Shown here: positions 11,374-21,434 of the stretch, in pieces
Position numbering within the stretch: position 1 is the stretch's first letter
How the letters are laid out: each line of letters starts with the position of its first letter
Source of the DNA: a virus
Reading direction: 5' to 3' (one strand)
DNA length: 64,000 nucleotides
Virus record (IMG/VR): IMGVR_UViG_3300025012_000054
Coordinates: 1-64,000 of that record
Program-made: the position numbers and the translations under genes
The notes under the pieces: generated by a model
Told to the model about the DNA's origin: nothing
Databases searched by the model: none
The model's input: only the letters and a program-made list of their open reading frames with translations

Positions 11374-12734
11374 TGGCTATTGTTATTCCAGAAGATGTTC
11401 AGAGTATTATAGATGAACTCAATGAAAGCGGGTTCAAGGCATATTTGGTAGGAGGCGCTGTCCGCGATTCGCTTTTAGGGAAGACCCCGAAAGATTATGA
11501 CATAGCGACTAACGCCAAGCCAGAACAACTGTTGGAAATTTTTGATGGTTTTCGCATTGTGGAAACCGGTTTAAAGCATGGTACAATCACCCTTGTCATA
11601 GATGAACGCAACTATGAAGTAACTACTTTTAGAGTTGATGGAAATTATTCTGACAATCGGCGACCAGATTCTGTTGAATTTGTAGATGATATTACCGACG
11701 ATTTAAGCCGAAGAGATTTCACCATTAATGCGCTGGCGTACAACCGAGAGGAAGGATTGATTGATCCTTTTGGGGGAAGAAAGGATTTGGCGGAGTCGCA
11801 TATCCTCTGTGTTGGTAATCCAGACGACAGGTTCAATGAGGATGCTTTGCGAATGCTAAGAGCTATTAGATTTGGAGCCGAATTGGGATTCCTCATAGCA
11901 GAGGAAACACAAGACTCAATTGCTAAAAATGCTAGGCTTATAGACAATATATCTAAGGAAAGAATAAATGCCGAATTGACTAGAGTTCTTATGAGCGACA
12001 ACAGTACATTCTTTCTTTGGCAATTGTATAGATTAAATCTGATGAAGCACATAGTTCCAGACCTGGATAAGTGTTTTGGTGTTGAACAGAAAAACAGATG
12101 GCACCATTTAGATGTCGGGACTCATATCCTTGGAACCATAGGCGATGCACCAAAGGATTTAGAGATACGCCTTGCGCTGATGTTGCACGATGTCGGTAAA
12201 CCAAACTGCAAAACCACAGACGATAATGGGTTTGATCACTTCTATCAGCACGAAATAGAATCTGCTAGATTAGCTACATCATGGTTGAAAGAGTATAAGT
12301 TTGAAAACGAAACCATAGAAAATGTGTCCAACTTAGTTTTGTACCACGACGGACTAATGAGTCCCACTAAGAAGAATGTGAAAAAATTATTAAACAAATT
12401 AGGAACTGCTCTGGTTGAAAAATTGTTTGAAATAAGAAATCAAGATATTTTGATGCATTCTTTGTATATGAGAGCAGAAAAGTTACAGGAATTGGATCTG
12501 GCTAAACATCTATTGGGGGAAATTGTTGTACACAATGAAGCGTTTCAAATAAAGGATTTGGCTGTCAACGGGGACAATCTAATCTCTTTGGGATATCAAC
12601 AAGGACGGCAAATCGGCGAGGCGCTCAACCAAATGCTGGATATGGTTATAGAATCTCCCGAACTTAATAAGAAAAAAGTGTTGACAGAGCTTGCTAAAAC
12701 GTGGTTATTACAGAAGAATAAAATCAGCCCTTGA
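11373..12734 (+). CDS. cca: CCA-adding tRNA nucleotidyltransferase with HD domain
   Basis: YLVGGAVRD, DYDIAT, EVTTFR, RRDFTINA, EDALRMLRAIRF, ISKERI, LHDVGKP. Start set at ATG 11373, overlapping the upstream stop. Confidence 0.9.
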   Translation: MAIVIPEDVQSIIDELNESGFKAYLVGGAVRDSLLGKTPKDYDIATNAKPEQLLEIFDGFRIVETGLKHGTITLVIDERNYEVTTFRVDGNYSDNRRPDSVEFVDDITDDLSRRDFTINALAYNREEGLIDPFGGRKDLAESHILCVGNPDDRFNEDALRMLRAIRFGAELGFLIAEETQDSIAKNARLIDNISKERINAELTRVLMSDNSTFFLWQLYRLNLMKHIVPDLDKCFGVEQKNRWHHLDVGTHILGTIGDAPKDLEIRLALMLHDVGKPNCKTTDDNGFDHFYQHEIESARLATSWLKEYKFENETIENVSNLVLYHDGLMSPTKKNVKKLLNKLGTALVEKLFEIRNQDILMHSLYMRAEKLQELDLAKHLLGEIVVHNEAFQIKDLAVNGDNLISLGYQQGRQIGEALNQMLDMVIESPELNKKKVLTELAKTWLLQKNKISP

Positions 12735-12759
12735 CAGAATGACGATTCTGTGGTAATAT
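12731..12759 (+). promoter_or_regulatory. sigma70-type promoter heading the glycan operon
   Basis: TTGACA (12731-12736), 17 bp, TAATAT (12754-12759). Confidence 0.8.
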
Positions 12760-13149
12760 CTATATTATATAAAGGAGGACGTGTGGACAAAAAATATGCG
12801 GTAAAATCATTTGCTTTTTATCTTGGTGTGGGGAAAGAACAGGGCTTGGTTATTCGCAAAGTAATTGAAATCGGTAAAGATCTCAAATGGGAAGACGCTA
12901 AAAAATTACGCCGAGAAACTAAAGATAGTTGGATTACAGGAGGATAAATGCATATCAAGCAGGTTTTTGATCAGAATGGTGTGGCTTATCGCTTGGGAGA
13001 ACAGGGCGTTACGTCTATTGAAGACGTAAATGCTAAGGACGTATTTATTCATTATCCCTGTTTTTTGATTTATAGGTTTGATAAGTTGTGGAAAACCGTA
13101 TATTTTCCGTATGCTACTGTGGAATTCGAAGACGAAAAGGAATAGCCCT

Positions 13150-13698
13150 TTGAAAATTATTGACACGGAGATACCGGATGTAAAAGTTGTTGAACTAGAT
13201 CCTTTTGTTGATTCCAGAGGATTTTTTGTAAAAACATATAATCAAAAAACATTTGAAGAAAATATTAGTAGTTGTCAATTTTGCGAATGCGATATATCTG
13301 GGTCTTATCATAATGTTCTTAGAGGACTGCATTATCAGATTGATAATCCTCAAGGTAAATTTATAACTGTGCTACAAGGAAAGATATTCGACGTGGCAGT
13401 CGATATTAGAAGGTCGTCCCCCACGTTTGGAAAATGGGTTGGGGTTGTTTTGTCGGGAGAAAAAAAACAGCAGATTTGGATACCGCCAGGATTTGCGCAC
13501 GGATTTTATACCCTGAGCGCTTGGGCGGAAATTTTGTATATGACGAGTCAGCATTATGATCCCGCAAGTTATTATGCCATACTATGGAATGACCCATCAA
13601 TTGGTATCGAATGGCCAATACCAGAAGGAATTTTACCGGTTGTTTCTCAGAAAGATTTGTGCGGGAAGTTATTACAAGACGCAAATTGTTTTGAATAA
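13150..13698 (+). CDS. rfbC: dTDP-4-dehydrorhamnose 3,5-epimerase-like (RmlC/RfbC family)
   Basis: DSRGFF, VLRGLHYQ, QGK, FDVAVDIRRSSPTFGKW, WIPPGFAHGF, WNDP..I.WP. TTG 13150 preferred as start. Confidence 0.92.
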   Translation: MKIIDTEIPDVKVVELDPFVDSRGFFVKTYNQKTFEENISSCQFCECDISGSYHNVLRGLHYQIDNPQGKFITVLQGKIFDVAVDIRRSSPTFGKWVGVVLSGEKKQQIWIPPGFAHGFYTLSAWAEILYMTSQHYDPASYYAILWNDPSIGIEWPIPEGILPVVSQKDLCGKLLQDANCFE

Positions 13699-13718
13699 AT
13701 AAGGAGTATAAATTTAAT

Positions 13719-14441
13719 ATGACTAAAGTTGTGCTTTTAGCAGGTGGCAAAGGCTCAAGATTGAACGACGTTAACCCTAAGCCACTGGTGCGTTTAGGTG
13801 AAATACCCATGGTTCAACACGTTATGAATAGTTATAATCATTTCGGTTACGATGAATTTATTTTGGCTACAGGGCATCGCCATGAAGATTTTGAAGAGTA
13901 TTTTAATAATATAGATTTGCCATATGTTGTGCGCCTGATAAATACTGGTGAAAACGCCAACACCGGAGAAAGAATTCAGCGCCTTAGATTTGAAATAGGC
14001 GCATATCCGTTTTGCTTAAGTTATAGTGACGGATTAAGCGACGTAAATCTCGCCGATGTGGAACATTGTTTTTATGCAGATAAATCTTCACCAGATTTAT
14101 TGATAACCGCCGTTCATCCTCCCGAAAGATATGGACTTATGGTTTTGGAAGAGGGCGAAGGAAAAACGTCTCCGATAAAAACATTCAACGAAAAGCCCCA
14201 AAGAGATGATTGGATTAATGGGGGTTTTATGGTATGTAGTCCCAATATTTTTGATTATATCGAGAAAGACGATAGTTTTGAAGGCGACTGTATTCCACGA
14301 ATTGTACTTCATCAAAAGATGGTTGGTTACAAACATCTCGGTAATTGGGGGAGTATTGATACGCAAAAAGATTTAAATCTCTTTATGGACTTGTGGAACA
14401 CTGGAAAGGCTTTTTGGACAAATGGCGGAAATAACTTATGA
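13719..14441 (+). CDS. rfbF: Glucose-1-phosphate cytidylyltransferase-like
   Basis: LLAGGKGSRL, PKPLV, TGENANTGERI, SDGLSDVN, F.EKP, WINGGF, H.G.W..IDT.KD. Confidence 0.85.
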   Translation: MTKVVLLAGGKGSRLNDVNPKPLVRLGEIPMVQHVMNSYNHFGYDEFILATGHRHEDFEEYFNNIDLPYVVRLINTGENANTGERIQRLRFEIGAYPFCLSYSDGLSDVNLADVEHCFYADKSSPDLLITAVHPPERYGLMVLEEGEGKTSPIKTFNEKPQRDDWINGGFMVCSPNIFDYIEKDDSFEGDCIPRIVLHQKMVGYKHLGNWGSIDTQKDLNLFMDLWNTGKAFWTNGGNNL

Positions 14442-15379
14442 GTAAAGTATTGGTTACTGGCGCTTTTGGATTTGTTGGGCAATGGCTTGTGCAGGAATTG
14501 TTAAACCAAGGAATAGAGGTCGTTGCTACAAGCCATGATAACATGGAATTGGTTCATTTGTGGGACTTGGATGATGTAATATTGGAGTCAGGAGATATAC
14601 GGAACTACGATTTTACAACAAAAATACTTCAACGCCACCAGGTTGATACAATTTTTCATTTAGCCGCACAAGCACTTGTATCTGAGGCACTACAAAATCC
14701 AAGAGAAACAATGGAAACCAACGCCATGGGAACCGTCAATCTTTTGGAATCCGCTAGAATGAATAGCGACGTAAAACGCATTGTTGTTGCTTCAAGCGAT
14801 AAGGCATATGGTAACGAACAAGCACCATATAATGAAAAGACGGCGCTCAATGGCAGATTCCCATATGATTGCTCAAAATCGTGTACTGATCTTATGGCTC
14901 AGAGCTATCGTGATACCTATGGTATGCCTATATCTATTTTACGTTGTGGCAATATTTTTGGCGGTGGAGACTTGAATTGGAACAGGGTTTTTCCAGAAGC
15001 TATTCGTTCTTGTTATGTGGGTAGACCAATGGATATCCGTAGCGATGGCGTTTCCATGATGCGAGATTACATTTATATCGAGGATGTTATTTCTGCCTAT
15101 TTATTTATTGCAAACCTAGGACGCAACGAAATAGTCAATGTTTCCTATGGTAAAGCCAAGAATGTTGTAGAAATATTATCGGTTGCACAAAAGTATACTG
15201 GTGTTTGTATTACACCAGATATAAAAAATACTGCAAAATGCGAAATCGATATTCAGTGTCTTGATGGTGAGCACATGAATTCTTTGGGGTGGCAACCATC
15301 TTATAATTTTGAAAAAGGCGCAGAAAAAACAGTAAATTGGTACTATGATTATTTTATGAGGAATTCCTATCGTGATTAA
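14438..15379 (+). CDS. NDP-glucose 4,6-dehydratase (RfbG-like SDR)
   Basis: VTGAFGFVG, FHLAAQALV, ASSDKAYG, PYDCSK (YxxxK), RCGNIFGGGDLNWNR. Confidence 0.85.
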   Translation: MSKVLVTGAFGFVGQWLVQELLNQGIEVVATSHDNMELVHLWDLDDVILESGDIRNYDFTTKILQRHQVDTIFHLAAQALVSEALQNPRETMETNAMGTVNLLESARMNSDVKRIVVASSDKAYGNEQAPYNEKTALNGRFPYDCSKSCTDLMAQSYRDTYGMPISILRCGNIFGGGDLNWNRVFPEAIRSCYVGRPMDIRSDGVSMMRDYIYIEDVISAYLFIANLGRNEIVNVSYGKAKNVVEILSVAQKYTGVCITPDIKNTAKCEIDIQCLDGEHMNSLGWQPSYNFEKGAEKTVNWYYDYFMRNSYRD

Positions 15380-16622
15380 TAAAGATCAGTCCTTGGTTCC
15401 AAAAAGAGACTACCTGCCATCTTCTAGCAAGCTAATTACGCAAGAGGATTTGCTTACAACAATTGATGCCGTTCTTGATGTTCATTTTACAGAGGGCAGA
15501 TATAATGATTTATTTCAGAAATCTCTGTCCCAAATTTGTAACCGAAGATATGCCACCAGTTGTAATTCAGGATCTTCTGCAAGTTGGCTTGCAGTAAGCG
15601 CTTTGAAAAAAGCGTATGCCGACATAAAAGATGGAGATGAAATTATTACCGTAGCCTGCGGATTTCCTACAACGGTAAATCCAATCGTACAAAACAATTT
15701 AGTGCCGGTTTTTATTGATGTCAACTATGAAACTCTCAATATCGATACGGCGTTAATCGAAGCCGCAATAAGCCCAAAAACAAAAGCCATCTTTGTGGCT
15801 CACACGTTGGGCAATCCCGTTGACATAAAAGCCATCTCCGAAATAGCAAAAAGGCATAATTTACACATGATGCTGGACTGCTGCGATGCTTCTGGTGGCT
15901 TTTACGACGGCAATCCTATCGGACATTATGGGGAGATGGCTACGTTTAGTTTTTATCCCGCACACCAATCTACTATGGGTGAGGGCGGTGCTGTTGTTAC
16001 AGACAACCCCAAGTTATTGATGATGCTTAATAGCCTGAAATCCTGGGGAAAGGATTGTTTTTGCGAAACCGGAAGAGATAATACTTGTGGACATCGTTTC
16101 GACAAACAATATGGTACTTTACCTGTTGGATATGATCATAAATATGTGTTTTCTGAAATAGGCATGAACTTAAAAATTACAGATATGCAAGCCGCGTTAG
16201 GATTTAGCCAATTAAAAAAACTACAGGAATTTAAAGAAAAGCGACAAAAAAATTATAACATATTATCGAATGGAATGGAGTCCTTGGCTGATATTTTTAT
16301 TCCCCTACAATCTTTAGAGGAATCAGATCCGAGTTGGTTTGGATATCCGGTTATTTTTAGATCTGACGATAATGACATCGGCGGGCTAATCAATCATTTG
16401 GAAAATAACCGTAAAATAGGAACCCGAAGGGTATTTGCTGGGAATCTCTTAAGACATCCCGCATATATAAAATTACCAGAAGGAGCATATCGTGTAAGCG
16501 GGGAACTTACGAACACCGATAGAATCATGAATAACGTTTTTTGGGTAGGTGTTCATCCCGCATTAGACGACGACTGTATGAATTATATTTTTGAATCGAT
16601 ACGCGATTTTTACGGGAGATAA
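15372..16622 (+). CDS. rfbH: CDP-4-keto-6-deoxyglucose 3-dehydrase (RfbH/DdhC, DegT/DnrJ fold)
   Basis: NSGSSA, FPTTVNPIVQN, AHTLGNP, SFYPAHQSTMGEGG (His at the Schiff-base Lys position), WGKDCFC...NTCG Fe-S motif, YDHKY, NLKITDMQAA. Confidence 0.92.
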   Translation: MINKDQSLVPKRDYLPSSSKLITQEDLLTTIDAVLDVHFTEGRYNDLFQKSLSQICNRRYATSCNSGSSASWLAVSALKKAYADIKDGDEIITVACGFPTTVNPIVQNNLVPVFIDVNYETLNIDTALIEAAISPKTKAIFVAHTLGNPVDIKAISEIAKRHNLHMMLDCCDASGGFYDGNPIGHYGEMATFSFYPAHQSTMGEGGAVVTDNPKLLMMLNSLKSWGKDCFCETGRDNTCGHRFDKQYGTLPVGYDHKYVFSEIGMNLKITDMQAALGFSQLKKLQEFKEKRQKNYNILSNGMESLADIFIPLQSLEESDPSWFGYPVIFRSDDNDIGGLINHLENNRKIGTRRVFAGNLLRHPAYIKLPEGAYRVSGELTNTDRIMNNVFWVGVHPALDDDCMNYIFESIRDFYGR

Positions 16623-16623
16623 A

Positions 16624-17334
16624 ATGGAAAAATATTTGGTATTGGGATATGGAAGACTGGGCAAAGAAATTGTTGCACAAACCCAATGGGATTATATCAG
16701 CCGTAAAAAAGATGATTTTGATATTTGTAATATAGCAACATATGAAAAACATCTTTATGATTATAACGTCGTTATAAATTGTATAGCCAATACAGGTACA
16801 TATGCTAATGACTATCAGACTATTTTAGACGTAAACTTTAAAGCGGTGTGCAATCTTGTTGATTTTTGCAATCACCACAACAAAAAAATTATTCAGATTT
16901 CAAGCGATTATATTTATGGCGGATCTGTTCCAAATGCTTCAGAAGAGGATGTTCCCGTACACGCACGAACCTGGTATGCGTATTCGAAACTGGTATCAGA
17001 CGCCTACGTACAATCTTTTGCTAAAAACTACTTGCTTATCAGAACTTCTTTTAAATCAAAGCCATTTCCATACGAAAGGGCGCCTGTAAAGCAAGTTGGA
17101 AATTTTGATTACACTGATGTTATTGCGTCTTTAATCATACGCCTGATAAAAAATAATGCCCAGGGCATATTTAATGTTGGAACAGAATTAAAAAATGGCT
17201 ATCAACTGGCAGTACAAACAAAGCCCGATGTGGTAAGTTTCGAAGGCGTTATTGATCCCAATATGCCCCTTGATGTTTCTATGAATTTGGAGAAAATGAA
17301 TGACTTTATTGAGCATAGCTCTTCCAGTTTATGA
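16624..17334 (+). CDS. RmlD-like NDP-4-keto-sugar reductase
   Basis: LGYGRLGKE, INCIA, QISSDYIY, YAYSK. Start ATG 16624 after GGGAG. Confidence 0.8.
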   Translation: MEKYLVLGYGRLGKEIVAQTQWDYISRKKDDFDICNIATYEKHLYDYNVVINCIANTGTYANDYQTILDVNFKAVCNLVDFCNHHNKKIIQISSDYIYGGSVPNASEEDVPVHARTWYAYSKLVSDAYVQSFAKNYLLIRTSFKSKPFPYERAPVKQVGNFDYTDVIASLIIRLIKNNAQGIFNVGTELKNGYQLAVQTKPDVVSFEGVIDPNMPLDVSMNLEKMNDFIEHSSSSL

Positions 17335-17989
17335 AATGCAGGGCAGAGGAGTTGAAATGCTTCAATTCTCTCTGGCAAAATTACAGCAGCAAACCTTTTC
17401 AGATTTTGAAGTCATTATATCTGATAGTTCAACCGATAACTCCATACGTAAATACGCAGCAACCATCAAAAACCTAAATATAAAATATATTAAAGATGAG
17501 GACAATAACACCTTATCTAGCAATGTGAACAATGCGTTTAAACATTCTTCTGGCGATATTATTCATCTTATGTGCCAGGATGATTATTTTTATAGCAATG
17601 ACTCTTTACAAAAAATCGTGAATAATTTTGACGTCAATATTGGCTGGATGACTTCTATGTATATGCATACCAACGATAGAGTGGGATTATTCAAACCCCA
17701 AATTCCGTCTTGGAACAATCAAATTTACTTTGTTAATACCATAGGTACTCCTTCTTGCTTGACATTTTTAAATGGTAGTAATTTATATTTCGATAAAAAT
17801 TTAAAGTGGTTTGTTGATTGTGAATTTTATTGGCAGCTATACAAAAAATATGGAGAGCCAAAAATATTGAATGATCTTATCTTTGTCCAATACCTGTGGG
17901 AGGGACAAACCACTCAAGGAATTACGCAAGAACTTGTAGATACTGAAATGCTACATATAAAAAATAAATATAAAGGAGAAATTATTTGA
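17300..17989 (+). CDS. Glycosyltransferase family 2
   Basis: SIALPVYE, QQTFSDFEVIISDSS, MCQDD, IGTPS, VDCEFY. Confidence 0.85.
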   Translation: MTLLSIALPVYEMQGRGVEMLQFSLAKLQQQTFSDFEVIISDSSTDNSIRKYAATIKNLNIKYIKDEDNNTLSSNVNNAFKHSSGDIIHLMCQDDYFYSNDSLQKIVNNFDVNIGWMTSMYMHTNDRVGLFKPQIPSWNNQIYFVNTIGTPSCLTFLNGSNLYFDKNLKWFVDCEFYWQLYKKYGEPKILNDLIFVQYLWEGQTTQGITQELVDTEMLHIKNKYKGEII

Positions 17990-18627
17990 AAAAATATTTG
18001 AAAGATGTTACTCTTTTAGCATATAGTTCTCATGAAGTACCGCAAACTATCGCGTCTTTACAAAAATGTCAAGAGGGGCTAGATTTTGCTGAAATAAAAT
18101 TATTAAGTCATGAAAAACCATTTGAACTACCTGAAAATATTGTGTATGAGTTTGCTCCTGAAATAAATAATATCAATGATTTTAATCATTATATGTTTTT
18201 GGAGTTGGGAAAACATGTAAACACATCGCATGTCCTGTATGTTCAGGCACATGCATGGACATTACATCCAGAGCTTTGGGATGATGCGTGGCTACAATAT
18301 GATTGGATTGGTAGTCCGTGGAAGGTGATTCCCAATGCTTATCTTACTGACGATGGTGAAAGAATTAGAAATGGTAACGGCGGGTTCAGTTTAAGATCTA
18401 AGCGCTTATTAGATGCTCCTCATATTCTGGGTCTGAAATTGGAAGAACGTCAAGGATATTTTAATGAGGATGGCAATCTCGCCGTGTATCACAGAGCCAA
18501 GTTACTAGAATATGGGATAAAATATGCTCCCGTAGAAGTAGCCGCAAGGTTCGCATATGAGAATGCCGTTCCTGAAAACATAGGAATACCTCCATTCGGA
18601 TATCACAGAAATTTGCCCCCATGGTAG
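17986..18627 (+). CDS. DUF5672-like putative glycosyltransferase
   Basis: HVLYVQ, YDWIGSPW, GNGGFSLRSK, NEDG, A.RFA.E, PFGYH. Confidence 0.7.
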   Translation: MKKYLKDVTLLAYSSHEVPQTIASLQKCQEGLDFAEIKLLSHEKPFELPENIVYEFAPEINNINDFNHYMFLELGKHVNTSHVLYVQAHAWTLHPELWDDAWLQYDWIGSPWKVIPNAYLTDDGERIRNGNGGFSLRSKRLLDAPHILGLKLEERQGYFNEDGNLAVYHRAKLLEYGIKYAPVEVAARFAYENAVPENIGIPPFGYHRNLPPW

Positions 18628-19280
18628 AAAAATTATTTGTAGTAAGCCGGTATAAAGAAGATTATAATTGGATAACTGAATATACCAATGATTATCTTAT
18701 TTATAATAAGGGTGAACCTATAGAAGATGATAATCATATTGTAAATATAGGAAATTTAGGCGGCAACCAAAGAGATATTTGTAAATTTATTGCTGATAAT
18801 TATGATAATCTGCCAGATGTTACAATATTCTGTCAATCTTTTCCTTATGACCACTGTAAAAAAGACGTGTTTGACAACCTGATTCAAAATACTGAATTTA
18901 CATCACTAGAATATTATGGTAGCACCCCAGCGAATGCTTGGGAAGCCAGAGATCAAAACGGGGGATTTGCCGAAATTAATAACGCATGGTACATTCAAGC
19001 GCATAATTCAACTCACAGCCAAGGTTGTCGCTACTCTAGTTTTGATGAATTTATGAACCGATATTTTGAAAATTATAATCATCTAAACTTTATACGCTTC
19101 GCTCCCGGCAGCCAATATTTAGTGCCTAAACAAAACATTCTACAATATCCACAGCACTTTTGGGAAGACATTATGAATGAATTAAATTCTAGAACTCCTA
19201 CCGAGGGACATATTGTTGAAAGATCGTTGTGGTATATTTTTACCGGTAGTTATAATCTGAGAGAGGAGTTATATGAATGA
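18621..19280 (+). CDS. DUF3431-like protein (glycan-cluster associated)
   Basis: VVSRYKEDYNW, IYNKG, FI.DNYDNLPD.TIF.Q..P.DH, FAPGSQY.V, GHIVERSLW. Confidence 0.7.
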   Translation: MVEKLFVVSRYKEDYNWITEYTNDYLIYNKGEPIEDDNHIVNIGNLGGNQRDICKFIADNYDNLPDVTIFCQSFPYDHCKKDVFDNLIQNTEFTSLEYYGSTPANAWEARDQNGGFAEINNAWYIQAHNSTHSQGCRYSSFDEFMNRYFENYNHLNFIRFAPGSQYLVPKQNILQYPQHFWEDIMNELNSRTPTEGHIVERSLWYIFTGSYNLREELYE

Positions 19281-19872
19281 TGCTGAAATAATTGCACATG
19301 CAGTATCTTTTGGACATGGCGGGATGTCTGCACCAGAACTAACGAAGTTGATGGAAATATGTAGAAACAAAAAAATATTGGAATTGGGTAGCATGATAGG
19401 AATGTCAAGCTATGTTATAGGATCTGTTGCTAAGAGTCTGGATTGCGTGGATGTTTGGAGCGATACTCAGGAGCACCTATCTCACGATGAAGGACAATGT
19501 AATGTTTATAAGGCACTGGCTCAAAAAATTCCCAATATGTATGAATCGTTTACAAAAAATTGCAGAGAACTAATTGATAGCGGTAAAATAAAAATGCATA
19601 GGGGAAAAACTTCAGACATAGCGTCTGAATTTTCCGATAGCGGTTTTGACGTAATTATATTTGATGCCGACCATTCTTATCAGGGCGTATCAACTGATTT
19701 TTATAATTATGAAAACAAATTAAAAGATGGTGGCGTATTTCTTTTTCATGATTATAATGATGGAATGTGGACATCTATTTCCAAATTCTGTAATGAAATG
19801 GTAGAAGCCAAAAGATTAGTTTATATTACAAATGTTGAAAGGCTGGCTGTATTTGAAAAACAACCCAAATGA
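19273..19872 (+). CDS. Class I SAM methyltransferase (Methyltransf_24-like)
   Basis: ILELGSMIGMS, FDVIIFDADHSY, LKDGGVFLFHDY. Confidence 0.85.
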   Translation: MNDAEIIAHAVSFGHGGMSAPELTKLMEICRNKKILELGSMIGMSSYVIGSVAKSLDCVDVWSDTQEHLSHDEGQCNVYKALAQKIPNMYESFTKNCRELIDSGKIKMHRGKTSDIASEFSDSGFDVIIFDADHSYQGVSTDFYNYENKLKDGGVFLFHDYNDGMWTSISKFCNEMVEAKRLVYITNVERLAVFEKQPK

Positions 19873-20800
19873 TTTATCTCAATACCGTCCAGGAATTTTA
19901 AAGCTGGTTCATCACCAAGAGCATCTGAGAAAAATAGAGGCAGGTGAAGTCGTTGGGCCAATTCATTTATCCGTGTTCCCAAATAACCGTTGTCAGTTAT
20001 CATGTCCGTACTGTTGCTTTAATAAGACGCTGAGGAATGATGCTGAATTATCACTAGAAGATTTTACAACCGCTATAGATGTGCTTAAAAAATATGGGCT
20101 AAAAGCAGTAGAAATGTCAGGAGGTGGCGATCCGCTGTTATGGTCACATTTTAGTCCAGCGGTTTCTTATGCCTATGATAAGGGGTTGAAATTATCTCTG
20201 GTTACAAACGGTTTAGCTCTTAAAGATATTTTATCGGATATATTGAGTAAATTCAATTGGATTCGCGTATCTATTCAGTCTTTTGAATATGCAAAAAAAT
20301 TAGATTTATCTAATATTCCAACGACAGTAAAAACAAGTATGTCATATATAGTATATGACAATAAAAGTATTGCCGAAATTTCTAAACTATATGATTATGC
20401 CAAAGAAAACGATGTCATCATTAGAGTAACATGTATACGTCCTTGCACATTAGAATTTGAACAACGAGTTTATGATGAAGTACAACGATATGGCAAACCC
20501 CTGATTATGTTCAAGAAAGAACCTGGCGTCGTTGAGGGTTGCTATATGCTGTGGATACGTGCTGCTCTGGATTGGAATGCCAACTTTCTTCCGTGTCCTT
20601 CTATAGAACTTTCTCCTGAATATGCGGGAAAAATTCCTGCTGATTTTGGAGTTTGTAAAGTAGGGGGGATAGAAGAATATCTAATTAATAATAAGCCCCA
20701 TGATTTAGGATATAGGTGCAGTTTTTGTAATTGTGGAAAAGATTCAAATGATTACATTCATAATTTATTACAAAGAATAGAGGATGTGGATTTTGTATAA
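19832..20800 (+). CDS. Radical SAM protein with SPASM/twitch-like C-terminal cysteines
   Basis: CQLSCPYC (CxxxCxxC), SGGGDP, VTNG, C-terminal C...PC...CSFC. Start uncertain. Confidence 0.88.
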   Translation: MLKGWLYLKNNPNDLSQYRPGILKLVHHQEHLRKIEAGEVVGPIHLSVFPNNRCQLSCPYCCFNKTLRNDAELSLEDFTTAIDVLKKYGLKAVEMSGGGDPLLWSHFSPAVSYAYDKGLKLSLVTNGLALKDILSDILSKFNWIRVSIQSFEYAKKLDLSNIPTTVKTSMSYIVYDNKSIAEISKLYDYAKENDVIIRVTCIRPCTLEFEQRVYDEVQRYGKPLIMFKKEPGVVEGCYMLWIRAALDWNANFLPCPSIELSPEYAGKIPADFGVCKVGGIEEYLINNKPHDLGYRCSFCNCGKDSNDYIHNLLQRIEDVDFV

Positions 20801-21434
20801 GGAATTTACTGGCGATTTTTATGATGAGGACTACTTCCAACGCGGGAAGCAGAGTAAAAAAGGGTGGTTGGAGAACTATAGGTTTTTGCCCAGAAGGACA
20901 TTCCGAGAAGCCTTTGGTTTCATAGATTATTTGGGATTAGATGACGACAGCTATGTTCTAGAGGTTGGATGTGCCATGGGGTTTTTGGTAAAATGTTTAC
21001 GAACATTAGAAATAAAAGCGGATGGCACAGATATCAGCACATACGCATTATCTTTTTCTCCCGAAAACTGTTGGAATAGTAGCGATCCTAAAACATGGGA
21101 CGAACATGCGGATACCGGTTATACACATATTATAATTAAGGATATGCTCGAACATTTATCTAAAGAACAACTTCCTGTGATGCTAGACAACTTCGCTAAA
21201 GTTTCTAAAAAGATGATGTGCGTAATCCCGATGGGGGATTTTGGGCGGTATAGGATACCTGAGTATCATTTGGAGATCTCACACCTCATTGCCGAGGATG
21301 AAAAATGGTGGGCTAATGTGTTTGAGTCCCATGGTTGGAAAATCGTTAAACATTGCAATCACGTTCAGTGGATTAAAGACAATTGGCAATATATTAGCAA
21401 CGGCAATCACGTATTTGTATTGGAGCATGAATGA
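20784..21434 (+). CDS. Class I SAM methyltransferase
   Basis: YDEDYF, VLEVGCAMG, GTDISTYA, DMLEHL. True start probably a few codons in. Confidence 0.82.
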   Translation: MWILYKEFTGDFYDEDYFQRGKQSKKGWLENYRFLPRRTFREAFGFIDYLGLDDDSYVLEVGCAMGFLVKCLRTLEIKADGTDISTYALSFSPENCWNSSDPKTWDEHADTGYTHIIIKDMLEHLSKEQLPVMLDNFAKVSKKMMCVIPMGDFGRYRIPEYHLEISHLIAEDEKWWANVFESHGWKIVKHCNHVQWIKDNWQYISNGNHVFVLEHE

